Assembly: GCA_963693365.1 (NCBI GenBank)
Contig: CAVNZM010000011.1
Span: forward strand, 5,092,639-5,156,638
Direction: 5' to 3'
Length of the DNA stretch: 64,000 nt
From: Amoebidium appalachense
Taxonomy: Eukaryota > Protista > Ichthyosporea
Numbering within the stretch: position 1 is the stretch's first letter; every line of letters starts with the position of its first letter. The translations under genes and the position numbers were made by a program. The notes below the pieces were generated by a model. That model saw only the letters and a list, made by a program, of their open reading frames with translations. It did not search any database and was not told the DNA's origin. Of the stretch, positions 1 through 28,670 are shown in pieces.

Positions 1-652
1 TCTTGTGATTGTGTACATGTTTAATGAGTAAGTGGCAGTCCAAAGTCACACGCACACTTTTGCGGGGTTTATTTGTATTTGTGCCCGGGGGAGAAGGAGA
101 GAGAGAGGGAAGGAAAGAGGGGAGAGGTGAGGAGGGGACAGGTCGGATAGAGAAGAGAGGGTGGGAGGGCAAATACTTCTTTAAGCGGCTTATGTGCTTA
201 TTGAATTTCAACGCGAGATGGGATACTCTAGCAGCTATTGGGACCAGACCATATATCGAGAGCGTTACAGGCCCAGGTTTACAACAGTTGTTAGATAGAA
301 GACGCGTACGTGCACACGTGCACACACACACACACACGTACGCACACTCAATATTAATCCAATCTGTAACAGGTGCGGGGTGGGCTTGTCCGCGTGTGCG
401 TGTGTGCATGTGTGTGCACATAAGCATGTGTGTGACTGTGCATGTGACACACTGTGTACCCTTTTCATGTTTGTGTGTAACACCATCCACTCCACAACGA
501 GCCATTTGCCGCAACTTTGTTGACCAATTCGTACGTACTGCCACAGTGGTCCCATCATATCCACTAGTGTTTCCGTACACTGATCATTCGAATGCAAGAG
601 TCGAGTGCACCCGATCCCATTGCAAATCTCCTTAAGACATGTGATGTACACG

Positions 653-690
<38 letters not shown>

Positions 691-1312
691 CCATTCTGGT
701 AAATATATTCATGCAGCTTAGCATCAAAAAAGTCTTCCACTCAACCAGGGAAAAACCATCACGCATACAGCTTTGTCGCATTAAATTATGAAGCTTGTGC
801 AAGAGCAACCCAGTACTCTCTTCGACACACAGTAACCCCCACATTATAGAAATCCATGACACGCGTATAGCATGCAAATAATGAACATAACTGACAAGGG
901 CAGTCAGGATTGACTTCATTTCCATTCTCCCTCAACTTTCCATGCCACCTGCACAACTCCAAAATAAGGACTGAAAGGCAAGGAACAAATTCCTTCCTAA
1001 CTAAACACTAAAGGAGCAGAAGGGGAGGGTCTCACACACAAGCAGGTTTATGAAACAAGTCCTACTAACTCTCATGCAGTTAGAAAGCGCCCAATTTAAA
1101 CGTCATTGATCCAATAGAAAGCGAACGCGCACTTACAAATTCTCTTTCCTACATGCCGGTTTGTTCCTTATACACTCGTATACACTACGCACACACACGT
1201 GCCACTCAATTTGAGTGTTGCCTTTGCATTAACGTGATCAACGAAGATTAGGACAGACATTGCATGCACCACTACGAAAATGTACGAGTTTGGTTTGCTA
1301 TCCGTGCTGGAA

Positions 1313-1357
<45 letters not shown>

Positions 1358-1713
1358 CGTGTCTCACTAACACTGTGTGTACGACCATGTGTACACATGC
1401 CTCACGACTAATCCGCGTAGCTTTCATGCCATCACCAACCCTTCTCTGCCACATACCTGCCAAAACCCATCGATCAAAAAAAAAAATATCATTCAGAAAA
1501 CGAACCCTGCCACAGGTTCCCAGTATGACCAGATCATTGGTTTCCTTTCTAACACCTACCATAACGAGCAGATAGCGGGGTAAAAAGCCAACCCAAACAT
1601 TACCACCAGAAGCGCAACTGTCCCTCACTAACTTCGTGCACATATACTTTCCCTATTGCATCACCTTTTCCACCAAGGGCATGAAAAACGGTAAAAACGA
1701 AGCCGTTTTTTCA

Positions 1714-14830
<13,117 letters not shown>

Positions 14831-16346
14831 ACCCCGAAACTGAGAAAATTGTGATGCTTGTTGTGCCGTTTGGTTTGTGGGAGTTGCGGGGGTGGGAGCT
14901 TGTGCGTGGAAGCAAGAGTGTGTGGATGGAAGAAGGAAGAAGTTGGATTTCTCAGCCCGGAAGTCCCGTGAGAATGACTATCAACTTGTGGTGGATGTCA
15001 TTTTGTTGCATTCCAGCATTAAAGCCGTGCGGTAATATTGGGTTCAACAATAAAAGCGAGAAAATCACCAATGAACTCCGAAGTGACGGCTGTTCACTCA
15101 CACAAGTTTTTTCGGCGCAAGCACACGTATGGAAGAAATGCTGGGAATAGCTGAAGTGCCGCTATCTCATTGTGATTGCGCACGCTCGGATGATCTGCTG
15201 GAGAAAAGGAGTTTCTGAATGAGCTGAAAGATTAAGTAGTTGCATAATGGCACAAGGATAATAATGGCTATCATAACAGTGCAACGAAGTACACACCAGA
15301 AAAAAAAAGCCAAAGTTAGTAAACTCAATACCGATATTTGAGGAGCAGGATGGCAAAAAAAATGATAAGTGTACAGCTACAGGCATATCAAAGCGCACAA
15401 AGGGGTTCAAGCAACACAAAAACAGATTTCTCGTTCGGTAGACCCCAAGACTGAAACAGAAGCGACCCAGATATATGGTTTGCCGTTGCCTACAGGCATT
15501 TTCCACTAACATGGTTGAAGAAAATGCTGGATCAAGTTCACAAGAAGGCAGTACTCTCTGTGCTATTCGCGCTAGGAAGGAACAGCCATAAGAATTATTC
15601 GTCTGGCCTACAGTGTGTTTGGAATCGGAGGGACGGTGCCCCCAGAGGTGAGCTCGGGCTCCAGAGGGGCAGGGGGGGGTTGGAAGGCAGGAGGGGGGGG
15701 GGGGGGGGGGGGGGGGAAGGGCGAGGTTGAGGGACTGTATGGGAGGAAATGGGTGATCACTTGTTGAAAAAACGGGAATCTGTTCGAAAGAAAGTCGCTC
15801 AACGTTCAAGTGTTCCGTTTCCACCGTCGACGTCTGCGCGGCTTCTGGACTGACTGACTGGTCAGCAGCTACCCTCGCATTGGGCGTTCAAGATCTTGCC
15901 TGACAGATTAACCAATCAAATGATAACATTTAATATTTTGGCGCCAAATATTGTGAAGAGGCGCACACACACTTGTCGGCTGTTGAAGTTAGGCCGACAG
16001 AAAGGGAGAAGGACCAAGGCACAAGGACTCGGGAGGCCTTGCAGCCGGCTCCAGCCGCCCCAGAGCCTAAAACCCCTGGCCATAACGCGTGCATACTGTG
16101 CAACAGCTCTTTACTATCGTCTTGTAGAACTAATACAGCGCATGCAGGCCTAGCCGGTGGCCCGGCGGTGGGCCAACGTACATACGCGTACTGTTAGTAC
16201 TGGTGCTACAACTATGTATGGCTAACATTACTTATTAGCAGGCATGTGCAAGTCTATGTAACGTCTTTATAAGTACTTTACGCTATAAATACGAGTTGAA
16301 TTAGAATGTATATACGGCCATGGCTCATGATTATGTATTTGGGGCG

Positions 16347-16402
<56 letters not shown>

Positions 16403-17306
16403 GGGGTCCGAATATTGTAGGTCATAGATCAAATCTCTTGCGCATGCTTCATAAAATATTGTCACGTTACGCCACCCAAAAGATGTGACTGCAGATTCTC
16501 ATACGACGAGGGCAGTAGGGGGGTAAAAACGTCATTGGCACACACGTGCTGAACGGAAATAACCCGGGAGTACTAGTCTATATATCACAGCGATGTCAGA
16601 GCTAGACTCTGCAATCTAGCTCTCTCTAGCTAGATTTTTGCCTGCAGCAAGACATCAGTTTTCTCCAACAGAGGCTTCTTCTCAGTGGCACGTTCACATT
16701 CGCGCTCTTTTTTTCAGAATGCACTACATATATCAGTTCATCGTGGCTAAGGTCGAGTTCGAGAAGCTGGCCCTTCATTAGCGCGATCGCGAGCATCTAC
16801 CATTGTGCGTGCTGACTGACAAAGCGCACAAAAGAAGTGTATTTGAAACCGTTAGAGTGGGTGTGTCAGGGAAGGCCCTCCATACTTTTCTCACAACATA
16901 GATGGTGAACTTCATGGTTGGACCTCTCATTCGTTCTTTTCGAAATTTCCGTCGTGCCTATGATAGTACGGCCGGCCGTAGTCTGCTAGATTGATTTGTA
17001 TTCTTATGACGTCATTACTTGCCTTGACCCGCTTATAAATGACTGATGCAGCGGAAAGCACATTGTAGGCTGTTTCTGTTACCTCTGCAGCCAGCTGCAG
17101 CTCATGAAGCAGTTGCGCCTTTTTTTTTTTGTTTCAAAGCCGTAGGAACGATTTCCATTGTTTAGTGTGGCCCTAATTTTCTATGGCAGAGAGGCACGTG
17201 AACAGTTTCTTTTGTGACGAAACTCACGCGCGCGGGAGAGGGCGGCCTTGAAATTTGAGGATCTGAAGAATTGAGGGTTATATCATAAGTTGGCAGGATT
17301 TTTTGC

Positions 17307-17423
17307 CGCGACGAGTTCAGACCAAAAGATCCAGGTTTGCTGGGTGACAAGCTTCAGGTTTTTAAACGCGACGAGTTCAGACCAAAAGATCCAGGTTTGC
17401 TGGGTGACAAGCTTCAGGTTTTT
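17307..17423. repeat. 60-bp-period tandem duplication upstream of PIG-U
   Basis: CGCGACGAGTTCAGACCAAAAGATCCAGGTTTGCTGGGTGACAAGCTTCAGGTTTT occurs twice. Confidence 0.9.
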
Positions 17424-17557
17424 GAACGTAAATTGGACAACCGTGCATTGCCAGGCAATTTAGTAAGGTTTATAAAGAGGTATTCTTTTGGTTGTCGTCT
17501 TCTGGTCACTTTGCTCCTCTGGAAGCTGCGACAAGCAACGTTAGATCTGTTCCGAAA

Positions 17558-17669
17558 ATGGAAACATGGAGGTTAACGGCGGTTTTGGCCAGTGGTAAGG
17601 ACTTATCCATGAGCCACATTCCCTCTCCTCTTCTGGTCTCCGCCTTGACATCTCTCTCTCTTTCTCTCT

Positions 17670-17703
<34 letters not shown>

Positions 17704-18047
17704 CCCCCCCCCCCCCCCCCTCCCCCCCCTCCCTCCTCCTCCGCCCTCCCTCTCTCCTCTCCTCTCCTCTCCTCTCCTCTACCTCTCTCTCTCTCTTCCT
17801 TCGGCTTCCCCCCTTCCCCCTTTCCCCCCGCCTCTCTCTCTCACGCATCCACTCACTACTATCTCCCCCCCCCCCCCCCCCCCCCCCCCCGTCCCTTCAC
17901 GAGGTGAATGGGTCGAAACAAGAGTACTGTGGTTCACTTGAAAGGATGGCCTCTGCTTATGCTGCATGCTCTTTCTGTGTGTTCTGCAACTTCTGCACTG
18001 TGTTGGTCGCAGTAGGTGCTTGCTTCGTGCTCTGTAACACATTCTAG

Positions 18048-18098
<51 letters not shown>

Positions 18099-19252
18099 CC
18101 CGCCCCCCTCTTATTCCCTCTATCCCGGTCGTCCTTCTCCTACGCCCGCCTGCCCGCTCCACTTTACCCCTTGGCCCCTTGCTGGCTTTTTCTCGTTTCC
18201 AAGAACATTCACTCTTTTGCTTGTGTTTCGTTTATGAGGTGCACTGACCATTTCGTTTTTCCAGCGGGTCTTGTCCGGTTGGTGCTGTTCTATCTGGGCT
18301 ACGATACCGTGTTTGGCCGTCGGGTTGAGATTGTCACTCCTTTAAATAGTTATCACAGAGGTATGTAAACGGATGTTAAGAATATAGTTGCCCTTGTTTC
18401 CAAACTCATTTCACTTCTGTGTTATACAATCACTTTGTAGGTGAGCTTTAAGGAACGTGGCCATTAGGAAATCTGGCCCAAAGTAACTTGCACAGTGCTT
18501 TTTTACATGTCCTTGCCGAGTTTTACTGCTTCAGTCGCGTGTGTGCTAATAGGTTTTCTCTCTTCCTATCCTGTTGCCTCCTTCTCCCCCCCCCCCCCCC
18601 CCCCCTCCCCCTTCCCCTTCTCCTTATTCTACTTTTCTTCTCCACCCCTTCCCCCCTTCCCCCCCCCTCCCCCCTGTTTGCTTTCTCCCTTGTTCCCTTC
18701 CCGTCTTTCTATCTTGCTACCTCCACTTGCTACCTGTCCTTTCACCAATCCCGCCCCTCCCCCCCCCCCCCCCCCCCCCCCGGGGGCCCTCCTTGCCCCT
18801 TCTCCCCTCTTACCTGCGTGGTTCCCCCCCCCCCCCTCCCCCTCCCCCCCAGTCCCCGGCCCTCCATTTCGTCCCCTTGACTCACAGCACACCCCATCTT
18901 TACAGCTAAATCCCTCCTTCTTTCCCCTCCCCCCCCCCCCCCCCTCCTCCCCTTCCCTCACCCCCACCCTTCCTTCCCCCATTTACCAACCTTTCCCTGT
19001 ACCTACTGAACCACTTATCAGCCATTTGGTCCTTAGCTTCATATTCGAACTCCTTGCTCTTTTTCTCCCCAACTCATTCTTGTGTTATCACCCATCCTTT
19101 AGCTAAGCGTTTTGTGTGTTAAACCAAGATTCTAAACAAAACGGGTCTGAGACTTTACACATGGGGAACAGAGGTTTGATACTTGATTCATTCGAAAGCC
19201 CTTGCCTGATCATCGTTCGGCATCCACAGGGGGGAGGAAGGAGGGGTCGGAT

Positions 19253-19285
<33 letters not shown>

Positions 19286-20652
19286 CGGAGGGGAGGGGGG
19301 GGAGAGGAAGAGAGGGGAGTAGAGAAGGGTGGGTGGGTGTGTGTGTGTGGGGGGGGGGGTTAGAGCAGGCATGTGTTTTACTGGTAGTGATAGAACAGGT
19401 TCTGACTTCAGCGTGTTTTCTAGTAACGGAAGGTAGATTTCTGGTGGCCAATGGAGCATCACCCTATGAAGGTGACACCGTTCATGAGGTAACCCCCCCC
19501 CCCCCCTCCCCCCCCCTTTCGATATATACAAATTCCACACATGCGTGTGCCTTCACATGTGGAACGTCTCACATGCATGATCATGAGGCACAAATGTGCT
19601 GGGGAAGAAATGGAAAGGTTTTGCAGAGTATGGTTAAAAGAGAGGATTAAAATTGATGGGGAGAAACGTTTTGGGAGGGGGTTGGGGATGCTGGAGGGGG
19701 GGGGGGGGGGAGAGGGGGGGGAGGGTGGGCCGTCTTTGGTTGTTATATCTTCGTGGGGGGGGGGGGGGGGGGGGGGGGAGGGAGCAGATAATATTGACAT
19801 CTCTCACCTGTGTGTGCTGTCGCGGAAATATCTTACCATATCCACCTGTTTCTATGCACACTTAGGTGTTGTGGAACATTCTTTCTTTTTTTCTTTTTTT
19901 TTTTTTTGGGGGGGGGGGGGGGGGGGAGGGAGGGGGGGGGGTGGGAGTCTGCAGGTGCACACGGTCAAAGGGGAAGGCAAATGCACATATATCTGTTCAT
20001 AGACACGTTCGGCATGCTTTGAGGGACATGCCTGACAATTTCATATCCCCCCTCCCCCCCCCCCCCCCCCTCCCCCCTCTCCCCCTATACACACACACAC
20101 GTCACACACCCACACCCACCATCACCACCACCCCCACACACGCCCACACAGAGACACACACACGTTTTCACACATACATACACACACATTCACATACACA
20201 CAATCACACACACACACTCTCTCTCCCCCCCTCTCACTCTCTCTCTCTCCCCCCTCCCCCCCCCCCCCCCCCCCCCCCCCCCCTCTTCCCTCCTGTTTGC
20301 AGACGCCACTTCTCCTTGCACTATTATGGACGTTGCAGCATTACGGGCCTGGTGCCACACAAGCGCTGTATGTGTCATGCGACCTTTTGATTGGCTGGCT
20401 GCTTGGTTGCATAGCAACCCTTGGGAAGGCGCGGCTGCAACGGGATGAGGAGGCATCGTTCAAGAACATTCCAAAGCAGCTGGCTGTGAGTGATGAGACG
20501 ACATTGGCCCCACTGACTGTCGTCATGTTGTATCCTTCGATGTTTGTTGTTATTACTGTTATTGTGGTGGTTGTGTGTGTGTGTGTGTATTCTCTGCTCA
20601 ACACACGTGCACGGATTCATGCAGACACATACACACAGACACGGACACACAT

Positions 20653-20710
<58 letters not shown>

Positions 20711-21550
20711 AGACACTCACACACACACTCACTCACAAGCTCGAACGCACATGCACATTTGCATAGATACATGGCATCTGTGTGTGTGGGTGTGTAGATT
20801 TGTTTATAGGTGGGATATGGGGTTGGGGGGGGGGGGGGGGGGGGGGAGGGGGGGTATGAGGGTGTGGGGAGGGTATGAACACTCCTTATGAGACTTTGAT
20901 GAAATGAGGGCAAGAGACGGGAGAAGGGAGCGTGAAAGGAGGGGGTGGCGGTGGTGCGTGTGTGTGTGTGGGAAGGGGGAGGAGACAGAAAGAAGGGGCG
21001 GCACGGGGAATGGTATTAACACCAAACCTGAACAATGTGACGTTTTGTTGCAAGTAACTACAATGAACCAAGACGAAAGACTCTATTCCTTAACCGTTTG
21101 CAGCTACGTGTTTAACCCCTACTCTGTGATGGTGTGTGTGGGCCAGTCAACCATCGTGTTCACCAATCTGGCAATTGTCCTTGCCCTATATTGGGCACTC
21201 AAAGGTAAACTCTGAATCAATGACCAACAACCCCCCCCCCCCCCCCGCCCGCCCGCCCGCCCCTCCACGCGATGGGCTCTGCTAATTTTGCATACTGCGC
21301 GTGTGGCTGATGTTGCATACTTGAATGTGTGCCTTGGCATGTGTCCTGCACAGTGTTTCTCATCGTGTAGTTGTACTTCTCACCGTGTTCCGCATTCTAA
21401 CACCCCCCCCCACCCCCCCAAAGGGCAACTCATGATGCATACCATTTGTGTGTGCTTCGTTTTGCTAATACTACTTTGTGTTGTCCGCCGTGAATGTGTA
21501 CATACTTAATTGTTTCACCCTCCCCCCCCCCCCCCCCCCCCCTCCCCCCC

Positions 21551-21636
<86 letters not shown>

Positions 21637-21989
21637 ACAAAACCTCGCCCCGGCCAGCCCCTGGTTGCCTCACCCTCCTGCTCATCCGTCCCCCTTTTTT
21701 TTTCTTGCACCCACTCATCCGTTTTACGGCCCACATATCTCACAACCACTTTCTCATATCTGGTTAGTTGTGTTCAAAACACATATAATGCTAGTACAAG
21801 GCAAGAAAACCAGCACGAACACAAACACAAACATCCTATGCACTTACCACCCCCGGTCGAAACTCGGGCACTGTGGATGACGTGGGCCCCCCCTCTGCTT
21901 ATTATGGTCTTAATGTATGATTTGCACTCTGCATCGTGTTATCCGTTGTTTATGTGTATTTCGTACTTTATGACGCATTCAACCCCCAT

Positions 21990-22070
<81 letters not shown>

Positions 22071-22541
22071 CCCGGCCCCATTGCACCAACATACCAACCA
22101 TATCATCCTACACAGGTCGCGTTTTCATGTCATCGTTCGCTGTCGCAGCCGCCACCTACCAATCCCTCTATCCGGCCGTATTCATAATTCCAGCAGCAAT
22201 GCTCATATCTAAACCCCCTGGCAATAACCAAACCAACATTGCTGGTGTGGTGGTGGTGGTTGGCGCGTTTGTAGTGTGGCTTGGCGCCCTTTTGGGCGTC
22301 AGCTTCTTGTTTACGAATTCGTGGGACTTTGTTCGTGCTGTGTATCTGTTCATGTAGGTGCCCTTCCTCCCTCCCCCCTCCCCCCTCCCCCCACCCCCCC
22401 CCCCACACACACACACGCACGCACGCATGCACGCACGCACGCACACCATCCACCCTGCCCCAACCCCAACCCGAGCCCCCACCCATAGACACACGGACAT
22501 TCACACACTCACACACGTATTAACAAAACACATTCACGTGT

Positions 22542-22611
<70 letters not shown>

Positions 22612-22680
22612 GACGTGTGTGCACACACAAAACACAAGACATGCACGCGTGTGCGCACGCATGCACGCACGCACACACGC

Positions 22681-22721
<41 letters not shown>

Positions 22722-23023
22722 CGCCTTTCTCTCTTTCGTAAGATGGGCTCTTTGTGTGTACTTTGCCTGGCGTTGGCCGTCGTGAATGCGTACCTCGTAC
22801 TCTGTAATGAACTCTAACCCCCCCCCCCCCCCCCCTTTCCCCCCGCCCAAAACACCACCACCATCACCCCCTCTCCCCCCCCCCCCCCCCCCCCCCCTCC
22901 CTGAGGTTGGGCTCTGCTTATGACGCATACTGTGCGCATGGCTGATGTTGCATACTTGAATGTTTGCCTTTGCATGTGTCCTTCGTGTATGCGTACCTCG
23001 TACCGTGTTCCGCATTCAAACCC

Positions 23024-23083
<60 letters not shown>

Positions 23084-24373
23084 ACACTACAGCCTTGCGG
23101 TGCCAGACCTCACCCCCAATGTAGGGCTATACTGGTACTATTTCCTTGAGATGTTCGACCACTTCCGCCTGTTCTTCCTGTGGGTCTTCCAGCTGCACGT
23201 GCTAGTCTACATTGGGCCCCTGGCTGTCAAGCTCAGGTATGTCAAAAATACCTCCTCCCCCCCCCCCCCTCCCTCCTCCTCCTCCTCCTCTCCCCCCCTC
23301 CCCCCCCTCCCCTGATGATGGGCTCTGTTCAAGTGTCTTCTGCCTGCACACTTACATTGTTTGATTTTGGGTTTCTCATTTTTGTGACGTTTTGTTGTTG
23401 TCCTCTGGTGTCTCCTCCACATTTCCAACCCTCTAACGCGTACATCCCCCTTCCCTACACCCCTCCCTCCCCCTTCCCCCCCCCCCCCCCCCCCCCCCCC
23501 AGCGTCCACCCACCCATCCATCCCACCCCACCTCCTCCACCTGGCCCCGTGTATGTCTCCCCCTTCCTTAGTTGCCTTTGCCGCTGAGAGAGTAAGCGGG
23601 TTGAACGGAAAGGGCAGGAAATGATATGGTATGTACAGTATTGTTGTGTTTGATCAGAAATCAGGCTTTCAACAGTTGGCCGTTTTGGGAAGGAGCATCA
23701 GTAAAACAGGGATGGATAAGGCGGGTGGGGTGGTCTTGTTGTGTCTTGTTGTTGTTGTCTGAATTTCTGTTTTTTTCACCTGTTGGCTTAGCTGTGTCGG
23801 CACTTCTCTTGGACACCTTGCTATAGTGATCCCCGTATCCCTAAAACAAATGAAGATTCCACCATATAAAGGCAAAAGTAATCAATGGTCCACTTAGTGC
23901 TTTACGTTAAGCTGGTGGTATATGCTGACGTCAGATTTTGACATACCGACATAGGCTTTAATACTGACATTCCATGCCCGTATATAGGAGGCAGCCGCTG
24001 TTTCTGTGGGTGATGTATGCAGGCATCGTCACGGCCTTCAAGTCTTATCCCTCGGTGGGCGATGCGGCACTGTTCCTCTCTCTGGTCTCCTTGTGGTCCC
24101 ACCTGGTCATCTGTAAGTGTGATTTTAGATTTAATGTTTGGTTTATAGGGTTTACAGGTTTAGTTTAACACACTGCCCCTACACCTTTATAGCATTTAGT
24201 TGTTGTTGTGACCTTAAATATACCAGCTTACACCCTTGCAACATGCAGTTCTCAGTTTTGAAGCTCGAAGATGTAACACACCTTGTTTCCACACCAACCC
24301 GCACTTTCTGCTGCAGTTGTGGTCGTTACGCTCTTTATTCAAAGGTTAAATATTGATCGATCACACACGCGCG

Positions 24374-24444
<71 letters not shown>

Positions 24445-24463
24445 GGGGGGGGGGGGGGGGGGG

Positions 24464-24497
<34 letters not shown>

Positions 24498-24721
24498 TTC
24501 TCTCTCACATACACACACCACGTGTACACACGACCCCCGTCCCGTCGAGGATGTGCTGTGCTTATAATGCTTTTTTTACATGTGCATTGTACTCGAATTA
24601 TGCTGTACGTCACTGAATGTGTCGTCTTACTTTGTAACACATTCTGACCCCCTCTCCCCCCCTCCCCCCCTCGCCCCCTTCGCCCCACCCCAACCACTTA
24701 CACACAAATACTCACACACAT

Positions 24722-24795
<74 letters not shown>

Positions 24796-25179
24796 GCACG
24801 CACAAACCCCCTTCATCTCCCCCTCGCCCCTTCGTCCCCTTGCCCCTCTCCCCTCCACCCCGTCCCTCCCTCCCCCTCTTCCCCACTTCTTCCCCCCTCC
24901 CCACCCACCCACCCACACACACACACACACAGACATGAGATACCCGTTCCTAGTGTCGCACCTCTACCTGTTCAGCAGCTTTCTGGGTCCTATTTTCTGG
25001 CACCTGTGGGTGTATGCTGGGTCCGGCAATGCAAACTTCTTCTTTGCTATCACCCTCGTATACACGATGGCTACGGTACTGCTGGCTGTTGATCTCATGC
25101 AGGTAATGAATTGACTAATACCCCCCCCCCCCCCCCCCCTCCCCCCCCTCCGCCCTTCCCCCCCACCTCCCACTCACAC

Positions 25180-25224
<45 letters not shown>

Positions 25225-25604
25225 ACCACCACCACCACCACCACCCGCCCGCCCGCCCACCCACCCACCACCACACACACGCGGGGGGGGGGGGGGGGGG
25301 GGGGGGGCAAAATTTGCAGTTTGTTGTCCGTCGTGAATGTGTTTTTTATTATTGGTAAACGCGTTATCCCCCCCCCCCCCCATCCCCTCCCAACGCACAC
25401 ACACGCACACACGCACACACACACAGCTTACCCACACACACACCATCACCGCCACCACTACTAAAAGATAGTCGAAGAAGAGAAGAACCGAAAAAGCTTG
25501 TCCGAATTCCGGCTTTGTTCTTCCACCTGCCCATGCACTAAAATGCACATGTACAGATGCTTTTGTGCACCCGCACACTTACACTCACACACACTCACAC
25601 ACGC

Positions 25605-25646
<42 letters not shown>

Positions 25647-25982
25647 CCACGTCCACACACCTGCTTGGACACACACATTCATACACACAAAATGGCACAC
25701 ACGATCTCAATTACTTATGAGGGTACCAATGCGCCGAGGGCAAGGCCAACAAAATGAAGGTTGGAAGGAGAGAAACACTTGGGTATATGTGTGTGCTTAT
25801 GTCTCCTGGACGAGAAGGATGGGGGGGGGGGGGGGGGGGGGGGGGGGGGATGCAGGTGATGGGGTGCACCGGTGTTGGTTGTAACTCGCACCCTTTCCCA
25901 ACAGGCACACCAACGAAGATTGTACGACCTTGCCCATGGTCTGTTTGTGCCAAAACCAGGGGCTACAATAGCGCTGGAATGA
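17558..25982 (+). CDS. PIGU: GPI transamidase subunit PIG-U (spliced, 10 exons)
   Basis: Exons 17558-17594, about 18265-18360 ([14 protein letters not shown]), about 19424-19488 ([20 protein letters not shown]), about 20303-20529, about 21104-21204 ([11 protein letters not shown]), about 22116-22353 (ATYQSLYP), about 23093-23236 ([22 protein letters not shown]), about 23988-24112 (FKSYPSVGD), about 24933-25102 ([20 protein letters not shown]), 25905-25982 (TGA). These match PIG-U/Gab1 signature motifs and splice phases are consistent. Confidence 0.95.
21270..23021 (+). repeat. Further copies of the GATGGGCTCTG intronic repeat in PIG-U introns (about 21270-21400 and 22899-23021)
   Basis: Reverse complement of the 3791/4243 copies: GGGCTCTGCTTATGACGCATACTGTGCGCATGGCTGATGTTGCATACTTGAATG...CCGCATTCAAAC. 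Confidence 0.85.
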
Positions 25983-26272
25983 GGGGTTGCCTAAGAATGC
26001 GCATTTCATTAGCTGCGTTCTAAACCATCGAGTCATTTGTGGTGCCCTAACATCAGTCAGTGGGTGGCAGGGGGTTATTTTGCTTGCTATTCCTTGTTCC
26101 GGTGCTGTGTGGGTGGGTGTGTTGGGGGGGGGTAAGCAAAGAACGTGTCTTTTTCATTTTGTTTCTTGGTGGGGAGGGAGGGGGTTAGCAAAGCGTTGTG
26201 TGTGGGTGGGTGGGGGTGGGTGCATGCGTACACGGTAAGGACTTGTGTGCGTGTGTGTGTGTGAGCGCGTGC

Positions 26273-26303
<31 letters not shown>

Positions 26304-27643
26304 GTGTGCAGGGGGCGTATCTGTGTGTGTGGTGTGTGTGTGTGTGTGTGTTTTTGTTTTTGTTTTTGTTTTTTTTTTGGGGGGGGGGGGGGATATGATA
26401 TACAGTGGAGATGGTGTATAGCGCCGCAATCTCTGGGGAAATTGGCCGCTATTTGAAGGTCATTTACCGTGGGCCACGGTGGCCTGGTGCTGCTCTGGCA
26501 TGCTATTTATTAAATGACGAGTCTGGAGGGGAGTGTTCTTCAACACTCCTAAGATTTTTATTAAGTCCAAAGATTCCAATTTCAGACCTCTAAAACTCCA
26601 ATTTTGACATTTTCTGGATTTAGGATTTTATTTTCATCTTATATCCTGACGAAAGCTTGAAGAGTAGAGAGGAGAGGAGAGAGGAATTATCTAGACCATT
26701 GTTCCTTCTACATTCACTGTAATTACTAAAACAGTAATGTTGTTTCCGCATGCCTTTCTTGCCAGCACACTTCAAAAAATTCAGCGGAATTTCAGTAGAG
26801 CCTTCTGCCTCGAGCAAAACTTCCCCCCTTCCTCTCCCCCCTTCTCTCCCCTCCCCCCTCCCCCCCCCCCCCCCCCCCCCCCTCCCCCTCCCCCCCCTCC
26901 CCCTCCCCCCCCCCCCCAACTTCCTCATCCTCCTCTACCTCCTCCTCACCCCTTCCCCAAAAACATTACAGTTGAGAAGAATTAGGGTGGGAGGGAGAGG
27001 GGGGGGGGGGGGGGAGGGGGAGGGGGGGGAGAGGGGGGGATCTAGAATCATGCATCACTGACCAGGGCCTCAAGTCTCAGCTCCAACAAGAAATTCTTCG
27101 AGCCTCCCCCCCCCCCCCCCCCCCCCCCCCCCCCGAGTCTTTGTACATGTGCAACAAAAGAAAAAGCTCTTAGGAGATATTTGGGTGGGTGGGTGGGTGG
27201 GTCCATGGCCATGGGGGGGGGGGGGGGGGGGGGGGGGGGGAGGGGGGGATATGATAGTAGCATCTCTTTGTTGTCGCCAAGTTGTTCAGCAAACACAGAG
27301 GGAATGCCAACACACCTTTTCAACGCCATTCAATTTGGTACACGCACACACATAAAGGCATATGGCCATGGCTATAACGTGCATGCCGCTCCTCCAACTC
27401 CCCCTCCCCCCACTCCCACCCCACCCCACCTCACCCCACCGTACCCGGCCGGCCCACCATCACCACCATTACCACCACCTCAAGACAACGGATAATGATA
27501 ATGAGCATCAGTAAAGTAACTTGATGATAATAATACGTTCCTAATATAAATACTCAACAACTTTAAAAGGCCCCGGAGCTAGGATCGAGGAGGAGCTCGA
27601 GGGGAGGGGGGGGGGGGGGGGGGGGGGGAAGCGTGAGGCGAGG

Positions 27644-27678
<35 letters not shown>

Positions 27679-28670
27679 GGGCACGGTTGTTGTTGTTGTT
27701 TTGGGGGGGGGGGGGGGGGGGGAGGGAGGAAGGGGAGGGGGGGGGGGGGGGAGGGGAGAGGGGGAGAGAAGGGGGGAGGGCAGGGGGGAGGGGGGAGGGG
27801 GGTAAATCAGAAAACTTTCGCGGCGTGCGTATCCGTCGGGGTTTCCCAGGTAGACAAGTACAGGCCCGGACGCCACATGGGTTAAGCACACGCAAGTGAA
27901 TTTGCCTGCCGCCACTAACAGGCACGGTGACACTGCGGGTGTGGGTGCATCACACAGTGTGTGTAACACCCGACGTGTCCTGGAATAGAGCGTGGCGGCT
28001 TTTTCTTACAGCAACTTTTAATTCTATTTTTTTTTTCCCCCTTCGGAATGGATTCGTCAGTTTATATAAACGAGCTGTGAGATTAGGGTCAGATATCGAG
28101 GTCCCCTGTGACTCTAATACCAGCCTCTGAGTAGGCAGTAGCAAAGCCAGTTACCGCATAATAATGTAAGTAAATCACCCAAGAGGCAGCCAGAAGGCAC
28201 TACATACTTCTTACAGCATATTGAACACGATGATTATTTACATGTCAGCTGTATGACATTCAAAGTTTGTACAACTTTCAAAGCTTGGTACATAAGACTT
28301 TAAATTAGTAATTCTAGATCTGGCCCTTTGCTCAGCGCATAACATTGAACCATTCATTCATTACGTTATTTTCATAATCTTGCCAACTTTACTCACGTGA
28401 GTAACAAACGATTTAACCCAGTCATGTGAGTGAGTAATAACTACAGCCCCCTTTTCCCGTTCTTAGATTTTTCGTTCAAGAATTTCAAATTATCTTCGAT
28501 ATCCTATCTCTTTGTAACACTGCTGCAAACGAAACATACGTACAAACTTCATTGTTTACGCACGTGCACTTGCTCTGCTCTAACTCTCATTAGTGCAGCT
28601 CAGCAAGCACATTTCAAAAACCTTTCGTAGCCGAAGCTGGACTCCCGAAGCTGATCCAGAAGTCCTTGAT

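Noticed and set aside
15162-15824. 220-aa ORF upstream of the RNF216-like gene
   Set aside because: No recognisable domain, crosses a homopolymer tract, and I could not splice it in frame with confidence.
25426-25471. Alternative last exon for PIG-U
   Set aside because: 25905-25982 matches the expected PIG-U C-terminus much better.
26401-26721. Possible Tc1/mariner MITE (TACAGTG...CACTGTA)
   Set aside because: Only 7 bp of terminal complementarity; compatible with chance.
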